This document shows, one piece after another, positions 57,480 through 64,000 of a DNA stretch of 64,000 bases. Within the stretch, counting starts at the first letter, position 1. The number at the start of each line of letters is the position of its first letter. Position numbers and translations under genes: made by a program. Under the pieces are notes generated by a model that was not told where the DNA came from, ran no database searches, and saw nothing but the letters and a program-made list of their open reading frames with translations. Origin of the DNA: Robiginitomaculum sp. (GTDB lineage Bacteria; Pseudomonadota; Alphaproteobacteria; Caulobacterales; Maricaulaceae); NCBI GenBank assembly GCA_021776595.1, contig JAJFFP010000077.1, positions 12,218 to 76,217 on the forward strand, given 5' to 3'.

Positions 57480-59732
57480 ATGTTTTCGGATGAAGAGGTT
57501 CTGGCCTTTCACAAGTTCCCTCAGCCCGGAAAGATAGAAATCGCCGCTTCCAAGCCGATGTCTACGCAGCGCGATCTGGCTATGGCCTATTCACCTGGGG
57601 TGGCGGTGCCGGTGCGCGAGATCGCTAAAAACCCTGATCTGGTTTATGATTATACCGCCAAGGGCAACACTGTGGCCGTGGTCAGCAATGGCACGGCAAT
57701 TTTAGGGCTTGGCAATCTTGGCCCGGCGGCATCCAAGCCGGTGATGGAGGGCAAGGCGGTTTTGTTCAAACGCTTTGCCGATATTGACGGTATTGATCTG
57801 GAGATCGAAGAAACCGACATCACGCCTTTTGTGGAATGTGTGCGCCGGTTTGGCAACTCCTTTGGCGGCATCAATCTGGAAGATATAAAAAGCCCGGAAT
57901 GTTTCATTATCGAATCTGAGCTGCGCGATGCGCTGGATATTCCTGTGTTTCATGATGATCAGCATGGTACCGCTATTATTGCTTCGGCGGCATTAATCAA
58001 TGCGGTGCACCTGACGGGCCGAAAAATGGAAGACCTGAAAGTCGTGTTGGTGGGCGCGGGTGCTGCCGGTATATCGGTTCTTAATCTGGTAAAAAGTCTG
58101 GGCGTTCAAGATGAAAACGCCATTGCGGTTGATATTGAGGGTGTGGTGCACAAGGGTCGTGATGATCTGGACCAGTGGAAACGCATACATGCCCGCGATA
58201 CGGACCTGCGCACATTGGATGAGGCCATGGAGGGCGCTGATTGTGTATTGGGTTTTTCCGCCGCCGGCGCGATCACCCAGGACATGGTCAAATCCATGGC
58301 CGATCAACCAATTATTTTTGCACTGGCCAATCCAGACCCGGAAATTACCCCCGAAGACGTGATGGCGGTTCGCCGTGATGCCATTATGGCCACCGGGCGT
58401 TCTGACTATCCCAATCAGGTTAATAATGTTCTTGGTTTCCCTTATATTTTCCGTGGCGCGCTGGATGTGCGGGCGCGCACCATAAATGAAGAAATGAAAA
58501 TTGCCTGTGCCCACGCGCTGGCCGGCCTCGCTCGTGAGGATGTGCCAGACGAAGTGGCCGCAGCCTATCATGGTGCCCGGCCCACCTTTGGCCGCGAATA
58601 CATTATCCCGGCACCATTTGATCCGCGCCTCATATCCTTTGTGCCACCCTTTGTGGCACAGGCGGCCATGGATAGTGGTGTGGCGCGCAAGCCCATAACC
58701 GATATGGATGCCTATCAGAACCAGTTGGCGCGACGGCTGGACCCCACGGCGGGGCTGTTGCAACGCATCCACGGCATAGTGCGCAATGCTCCCAAAACCA
58801 TTGTCTTTGCCGAGGGTGAGGAACCGGCGATGATCCGCTCGGCCTATTCCTTTCAAAACCAGGGTTTTGGCAAAGCCATATTGATCGGCCGCGAACAACA
58901 GGTGCGGCGCAATATGAAACTGGTTGGTCTTGATGACAGCGTTGATCTGGAGATTTGTAATGCCCGTCTGTCGGACCGCAATCCGGATTATTTTGATTTT
59001 CTCTATGCCCGGCTGCAACGCCAGGGTTATCTGACCCGCGATGTGCAGCGTCTGATCAATAATGACCGTAATATTTTCTCCAGTTGTATGGTGGCGCTGG
59101 GCGATGCCGACGGGCTGGTGACGGGCATTACCCGCAATTATGATATAGCGCTTAAAAATGTGTTGCGTGCCATCGACCCCAAAGCGGGCACCCGCATAAT
59201 GGGTATGTCAATTGCGCTTTCAAAAGGCCATACGGTGTTTATCGCCGATACCAATGTGACTGAATTTCCAGGACCAGAGGATCTCGCCGAAATTGCCATA
59301 GAGAGCGCACGCACGGTTCGTCGTCTCGGCTTCACGCCGCGCCTGGCATTTCTGGCCTATTCCACGTTTGGCAATCCGGGCGGTGAGCGTTGCACTAAAA
59401 TTCGCAAAGCCGTGGAAATCCTGGATGAGCGGGATGATCTTGATTTTGAATATGAAGGTGAAATGGCCGCCGATGTGGCGCTCGATCCGGCTACCCAGCG
59501 CCTGTTTCCATTTTCTCGCCTGACCGGACCGGCTAATGTGCTGATCATGCCGGCGGTGCATTCGGCATCAATCTCCACCAAATTATTGGCCACAATCGGG
59601 GATAATACGGTGATCGGGCCATTGCTGACCGGCTTGCAACATCCGGTGCAGATTTGCCGTCTGGGAGCCACGGTTTCCGATATTGTCAATATGGCCGCCA
59701 TCACTGCCTATGATTTAAGTGGAGATGGTTAA
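57480..59732 (+). CDS. maeB: NADP-dependent malic enzyme with C-terminal phosphotransacetylase-like domain
   Basis: ATG 57480 ([21 protein letters not shown]). [11 protein letters not shown] and VGAGAAG are present. A ~330-aa PTA-like C-terminal domain follows. Confidence 0.92.
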   Translation: MFSDEEVLAFHKFPQPGKIEIAASKPMSTQRDLAMAYSPGVAVPVREIAKNPDLVYDYTAKGNTVAVVSNGTAILGLGNLGPAASKPVMEGKAVLFKRFADIDGIDLEIEETDITPFVECVRRFGNSFGGINLEDIKSPECFIIESELRDALDIPVFHDDQHGTAIIASAALINAVHLTGRKMEDLKVVLVGAGAAGISVLNLVKSLGVQDENAIAVDIEGVVHKGRDDLDQWKRIHARDTDLRTLDEAMEGADCVLGFSAAGAITQDMVKSMADQPIIFALANPDPEITPEDVMAVRRDAIMATGRSDYPNQVNNVLGFPYIFRGALDVRARTINEEMKIACAHALAGLAREDVPDEVAAAYHGARPTFGREYIIPAPFDPRLISFVPPFVAQAAMDSGVARKPITDMDAYQNQLARRLDPTAGLLQRIHGIVRNAPKTIVFAEGEEPAMIRSAYSFQNQGFGKAILIGREQQVRRNMKLVGLDDSVDLEICNARLSDRNPDYFDFLYARLQRQGYLTRDVQRLINNDRNIFSSCMVALGDADGLVTGITRNYDIALKNVLRAIDPKAGTRIMGMSIALSKGHTVFIADTNVTEFPGPEDLAEIAIESARTVRRLGFTPRLAFLAYSTFGNPGGERCTKIRKAVEILDERDDLDFEYEGEMAADVALDPATQRLFPFSRLTGPANVLIMPAVHSASISTKLLATIGDNTVIGPLLTGLQHPVQICRLGATVSDIVNMAAITAYDLSGDG

Positions 59733-61057
59733 GCCGGCCTGCTTTTTTCGGGCAGTCTGGACACCAGCAAACACAAAATCACCGTGGGGATGGCGAACAG
59801 GGCGGTGCCGGCAAAGAATATGGCATAGGCGGTCATGAGGTCGGTGGAAACGGTTAAGGCATCAACAATTGTGCCGGAAAAACCTTTTAAGACCTTGCCC
59901 AAAATCGCATAAAACGAGGACAATAACGCATATTGGCTGGCGGTGTAGCCAATATTGGTCAAGCTGGACATCCAGGCCACCAGTGCTGCTCCGGCAAAGC
60001 CCGCCGAGAAGTTATCCACGGCCATGGCAATGTTGAAAACCAGCAAATCATTGCCCATAAGGGCCATGGCCGAAAACGCCAGATTAGACCCAGGCCCCAA
60101 AACAGCTCCGGCTACCAGTGTGCGTACAAACCCAAAGCGGATGGCACTTAACCCCGCCGCCGCAACACCGATCAAGGTTGCCAACAGACCGACCGAGGCC
60201 CGCACAGCACCGATGGTTTCCTTTTCTATTCCCAGATCAATATAAAGCGGCCCGGCCATAGGCCCCATGACAAAATCACCCAGACGGTAAATGCTGATGG
60301 CGGCCAGCATTAGGATGGCGGCGCGACCGTGGGCCTTGAAAAAAGCAATAAACGGCCCGGCGATGGCATCAAACAAACCGCGCGGTGTCCATAATGATTT
60401 GTTTTTATCGTCCTCGTCACGGCGTCCTTCTGGTTCGGGTGCAAAGAATACGGCGATCAGTCCGATAGACATCAAGGCCGCCATCAAAGTGTAAGATAAA
60501 GACCAGCCGGTTTTGGCCACTACAATCAAAATCAGCGCATCAGTCATTAACAATGCAGCACGATAGCCCAACTGGAATGCCGAGGTCAGCAAGGCCAGTT
60601 CTTCATCTGTGCGCGCCGCCTCGATGCGCCAGGCATCGACAGCAATATCCTGCGTGGCGGCAGCAAAAGCCACAACCAGCGCAAAAGAGGCGAATACCAT
60701 CAGCCCGCCATCGGGGCCAATCAACGCCATGGCAACAAGGCCCAGAGCCACGATCAATTGAGATAAAACCAGCCAGCCGCGCCGGTGACCCAAACGACCA
60801 AGAAACGGTACATTGGTTTTGTCAAGAAGCGGCGCCCACAGAAATTTCATCGAATAGGCAAGCCCTACCCAGGACAAAAACCCGATAGCCGTCAAAGTGG
60901 TCCCGGCCTCGCGCAGCCACAGACCCAGCGTATTACCGACAAGTAAAAATGGCAGGCCTGAGGAAAACCCCAGCATGACCGTTAAGATAACGCGTTTTTG
61001 ACGCAACGCATTCAGAACATCGCGCCAGTTTGGCCCGGCTTTTTTTGAAGCAGACAA
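59729..61057 (-). CDS. ampG: AmpG-family muropeptide MFS permease
   Basis: 442 aa and 12+ TM. LGFSSGLPFLLVGNTLGLWLREAG and WAPLLDK...LGHRRGW are typical AmpG motifs. Confidence 0.85.
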   Translation of the reverse strand: MSASKKAGPNWRDVLNALRQKRVILTVMLGFSSGLPFLLVGNTLGLWLREAGTTLTAIGFLSWVGLAYSMKFLWAPLLDKTNVPFLGRLGHRRGWLVLSQLIVALGLVAMALIGPDGGLMVFASFALVVAFAAATQDIAVDAWRIEAARTDEELALLTSAFQLGYRAALLMTDALILIVVAKTGWSLSYTLMAALMSIGLIAVFFAPEPEGRRDEDDKNKSLWTPRGLFDAIAGPFIAFFKAHGRAAILMLAAISIYRLGDFVMGPMAGPLYIDLGIEKETIGAVRASVGLLATLIGVAAAGLSAIRFGFVRTLVAGAVLGPGSNLAFSAMALMGNDLLVFNIAMAVDNFSAGFAGAALVAWMSSLTNIGYTASQYALLSSFYAILGKVLKGFSGTIVDALTVSTDLMTAYAIFFAGTALFAIPTVILCLLVSRLPEKSRPA

Positions 61058-61093
61058 TGCGAAACCCCTAATGTTTTCCGTTTTAAGGAATGC

Positions 61094-61972
61094 TCAGGCC
61101 AGTTTTGCCTGTTTTTCGTGAGGCGTCCAGCGCTGGCGCACCGCGAGCAGGGTTTGCGCGTCAATTGGCTTGGTGACAAAGCCGGTCATACCTGCGGCCA
61201 GACAGGCTTTTCGGTCTTCGGCAAAGGCATTCGCGGTCAGCGCAATAATGGGAATGTCTTTCCATGGCCCGCCAAGGGCGCGGATCGCCCGGCAGGCGCT
61301 GGGTCCATCCATTTTTGGCATACGCATATCCATAAACACCAGATCAAACCGGCGGGATTTAGCGATTTCCAAAGCCTCCTGTCCATCGGTGACATGGGTC
61401 ACTTCGCAGTTTTCGCGCCCCAATAAGGCCATGGCAAGTTTGGCGCTCAAAGGGTCATCTTCAACCAGTAAAATAGTGGAGTGTTCGTTTTTGTGCGATG
61501 AATCGGTGGTTTCAACTGGTTGGTTTGCCACAGATGTTGGCGGGGAAACGGCGGCTGGCGGTGGTGCAGGTTTTGCGCGCTGAAAATCCGGTGTTTGCGT
61601 TGGCACAAAAACGGCACTTTTATTGCGTCGTCGGTCCCGCTCCGGGGAAGGGGCACAACGGTCTTTTGAGCGCCGGTCAACATTGATACGGCCAACAGCG
61701 ATAGAGCCGCCATCGGGCAAAGGGGCTTCATCCCATTCAATCCAGAAAGTGCGCCCGCCGGACAAGACATGTCCATAAGCGCGGTTATCATGAAAAGCAC
61801 CGATTTGCGCACCAGATACCGCACCATCGAATTGCCGCGCGGCCCAGTCAGACGTATCACCGCCAAAGACTTTGGTAAACGCCTGATTGACGCAAACAAT
61901 CCGTCGTTCTGCGTCCCGGCAGATCGCCAGATCATTCATGTGCTCAAAGTATGTTGTTATTGCATGTGCCAT
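61094..61972 (-). CDS. PAS-like domain + Pro-rich linker + C-terminal receiver (REC) domain protein
   Basis: C-terminal ILLVEDDPLSAK...DLVFMDMRMPKMDG...ALTANAF...GFVTKP is a CheY-like REC domain. N-terminal ICRDAERRIVCVNQAFTKVFG...WIEWDEAPL is PAS-like. No output or kinase domain is present. Confidence 0.8.
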   Translation of the reverse strand: MAHAITTYFEHMNDLAICRDAERRIVCVNQAFTKVFGGDTSDWAARQFDGAVSGAQIGAFHDNRAYGHVLSGGRTFWIEWDEAPLPDGGSIAVGRINVDRRSKDRCAPSPERDRRRNKSAVFVPTQTPDFQRAKPAPPPAAVSPPTSVANQPVETTDSSHKNEHSTILLVEDDPLSAKLAMALLGRENCEVTHVTDGQEALEIAKSRRFDLVFMDMRMPKMDGPSACRAIRALGGPWKDIPIIALTANAFAEDRKACLAAGMTGFVTKPIDAQTLLAVRQRWTPHEKQAKLA

Positions 61973-61995
61973 TCCCCGTCATAACGCATGGACCT

Positions 61996-63555
61996 TTAGG
62001 AAACCTTGACGGGATGAATTGTGACGCTGGTTTCATTAGCAGACGATGGCGAACGGCGCAGGCCAAGGGCTTCGGCAATATGCAGGCGGCGCACCCCATC
62101 GCAGCCTTCAAGATCGGCAATGGTGCGTGCTGTACGTAACACCCGGTGATAGCCACGGGCCGTCAGGCGCATGGACCCGGCGGCGTGCATCAGTAATTGC
62201 CGCCCCGGCTCATCTGGCGCCGCATATTTTTCCAACTGGCCGGTGGGCAGCTCTGCGTTGGTTTGCATTTCGCTATCATCTCCACAATGTTTTGCCCGCT
62301 CAATTTGGGCTTCACGCGCGGCATAAACGCGGGCGGCGGCGTGCCTGGTGCCCTCAGCTGGTGTGGGCAGGGTCAGATCAGCAGCGGTGACGGCGGGCAC
62401 CTCGATCTGAATATCAATGCGGTCCATCAATGGCCCGGATATACGCGCCTGATAATCACGGGCACACCTTGGGCCACGGCGGCAAGCATAGCCATCGGCA
62501 CCGGCCGAGCCGCAACGGCAGGGGTTCATGGCGGCGATGAACTGAAATCGGGCGGGGTATGATACATGTGCATTGGCGCGGGCTACGCTGATCTGCCCGG
62601 TTTCCAGAGGCTGGCGCAGACTGTCCAATACTTGCGGGGTAAATTCCGGTAACTCATCCAGGAATAAAACACCACGATGGGCCAGCGATGCTTCGCCGGG
62701 CCGGGCCTTGATACCGCCGCCAACCATTGCCGCCATGGAAGCACCATGATGGGGACTGCGAAACGGGCGCGCCCGGCTTAACTGCCCCCGCTGCAAAAGG
62801 CCGGCAACAGAATGAACCATGGAAACCTCCAGTAATTCACGGGCATTAAGCGGTGGTAACAGGCCGGGAAGGCGAGCGGCCAGCATGGATTTTCCTGAAC
62901 CAGGCGGGCCAATCATGAGAAGATTATGCCCACCGGCAGCGGCTATCTCCAGTGCGCGCTTGGCCAGTTCCTGCCCCTTCACATCTGATAAATCCGGATG
63001 CGCCGGCCCCTCATATAACGTGCCGGGTTTTGGTGGTTCCAGTAATTGCCGCCCCTTGACGTGATTAATCAACGCAATGAGGTTAGGCGGTGCCAGAATG
63101 GCCATATCCCCGGCCCAGGCAGCCTCTGGTCCGCTGTCTTTGGGGCAGATCAGACCCAGCCCCAGGGCATGAGCGGCCATGGCCGAGGGCAAAGCCCCGT
63201 TCACCGGAGCAATCGTGCCATCAAGGGATAATTCGCCAATGGCCGCATAACCTTCCAGCGCATCCATAGGCAGCACGCCGATGGCCACCATAAGGCCAAG
63301 CGCAATGGGCAGATCATAATGACTGCCTTCTTTGGGCTGGTCCGCCGGGGCAAGGTTGATCACCAACCGTTTGGCCGGCAGCGCCAGACCAATAGCGGCA
63401 AAGGCAGCGCGCACCCGTTCACGGCTTTCAGCAACCGCCTTGTCGGCAAGGCCAACTATGGAAAATGCCGGCATTCCAGAACTGATCTGTACCTGCACAT
63501 CCACCGGTGCCGCATCAACGCCTTCAAAGGCGAATGTCTGAATGTGTATACCCAT
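61996..63555 (-). CDS. YifB/ComM-family Mg-chelatase-like AAA+ ATPase
   Basis: N-terminal Lon-protease-like domain (FSIVGLADKAVAESRERV). Walker A GPPGSGKSM, FLDELPEF, and the C-terminal RGYHRVLRTARTIADL are present. Confidence 0.9.
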   Translation of the reverse strand: MGIHIQTFAFEGVDAAPVDVQVQISSGMPAFSIVGLADKAVAESRERVRAAFAAIGLALPAKRLVINLAPADQPKEGSHYDLPIALGLMVAIGVLPMDALEGYAAIGELSLDGTIAPVNGALPSAMAAHALGLGLICPKDSGPEAAWAGDMAILAPPNLIALINHVKGRQLLEPPKPGTLYEGPAHPDLSDVKGQELAKRALEIAAAGGHNLLMIGPPGSGKSMLAARLPGLLPPLNARELLEVSMVHSVAGLLQRGQLSRARPFRSPHHGASMAAMVGGGIKARPGEASLAHRGVLFLDELPEFTPQVLDSLRQPLETGQISVARANAHVSYPARFQFIAAMNPCRCGSAGADGYACRRGPRCARDYQARISGPLMDRIDIQIEVPAVTAADLTLPTPAEGTRHAAARVYAAREAQIERAKHCGDDSEMQTNAELPTGQLEKYAAPDEPGRQLLMHAAGSMRLTARGYHRVLRTARTIADLEGCDGVRRLHIAEALGLRRSPSSANETSVTIHPVKVS

Positions 63556-63702
63556 TGGCTTGCCTCTCTGTGGGGCATTGCAATCTAAACGGGTTTATGC
63601 TTATGTCAAGAACAAATAAGGAACATGCAATGAGTAAAGGTGCATCTGTGCTTGCGGGGGCACGATCAAGTCGCCATATATATGTGAAGTGGAGGACGAT
63701 AA

Positions 63703-64000
63703 ATGCAGTTTAGTCAGGCGGCACGGCGGTTCTGGTCACGGATAAAAACCATCGGTAGAAAACCGGTAGGTGACGAGCCGATCGTTGAAACCGCCCCTTC
63801 AGCTTCAGCACCAGGACCGGCAAAACGCAATTGGGGCTTATGGCGTAAAGTTGCGGGTGGGCTGATTGTCTTGCTTATCCTCGCCTGGCCTTTTCTGGCG
63901 CTGATCAGCAGCCGGATTGATGATGATCCAGCCTTTACCCCGCAATTTATGCCGCAAAATGGCTCGCAAACTGTGGCCATGATGGCTGGCCTGATGGAGC
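63703..64000 (+). CDS. membrane-anchored hypothetical protein, 3'-truncated by the window edge (possibly DUF2333 family)
   Basis: Not in the supplied ORF track because there is no stop in the window. ATG 63703 lies 6 nt after GGAGGA. MQFSQAARRFWSRIK...WRKVAGGLIVLLILAWPFLALISSRIDDDPAF. The frame is open to nt 64000. The family call is tentative. Confidence 0.5.
   Translation, partial: MQFSQAARRFWSRIKTIGRKPVGDEPIVETAPSASAPGPAKRNWGLWRKVAGGLIVLLILAWPFLALISSRIDDDPAFTPQFMPQNGSQTVAMMAGLME

Noticed and set aside
57993-59018. 341-aa ORF on the minus strand
   Set aside because: It is antisense to maeB, whose frame carries clear malic-enzyme motifs. The antisense translation has no family features.
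1-64000. CRISPR arrays, rRNA, IS elements, toxin-antitoxin pairs, restriction-modification or other defence modules
   Set aside because: I looked for regularly spaced direct repeats, transposase, integrase or recombinase motifs, and small paired ORFs. None were found. Every ORF longer than about 100 aa that is not a shadow ORF is accounted for by the features listed.

Overview
By gene content and synteny this 64-kb window looks like a densely packed alphaproteobacterial chromosome segment. The supporting synteny is tlpA-argH-small lipoprotein, DUF952-pyrD, etfBA, and mutS-glnD-murJ-trpS next to maeB. GC is about 50-55% by eye and was not computed. I can support about 65 protein-coding genes, many joined by 1-4 nt stop/start overlaps (ATGA, TGATG, TAATG). 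Most are housekeeping: ubiD (3' part), lepA, pyrD, argE, gpmA, etfBA, argH, a UbiH-family hydroxylase, a PGM/ugd/glmM/galU nucleotide-sugar block, folE, cysS, trpS, murJ, glnD, mutS, maeB and ampG. I found no rRNA, tRNA, CRISPR array, transposase, integrase, prophage or recognisable defence genes. The least ordinary stretch is about 34.7-45.0 kb. It begins with a 711-bp ORF-free mosaic of short palindromic repeats. Next is a fused aspartokinase/diaminopimelate decarboxylase gene. Divergent from that is a translationally coupled histidine operon in enterobacterial order (hisG-D-C-B-H-A-F-IE). The operon is headed by a TrpR-like YerC/YecD gene, and its sigma70-like promoter is overlapped by a perfect palindrome. 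It also contains a HisC-IGPD fusion that lacks the histidinol-phosphatase domain. Other points of interest are a pyridoxal kinase-DUF429 fusion, a sigma32-type promoter with a ROSE-like leader upstream of an hsp20 gene, and three TTACAY repeats phased at 10 bp in front of a stand-alone S24/HTH repressor. I did not find convincing evidence of a wholly new multi-gene system, and the candidates are scored accordingly. All family assignments come from reading the translations against remembered family signatures. No database search was run.
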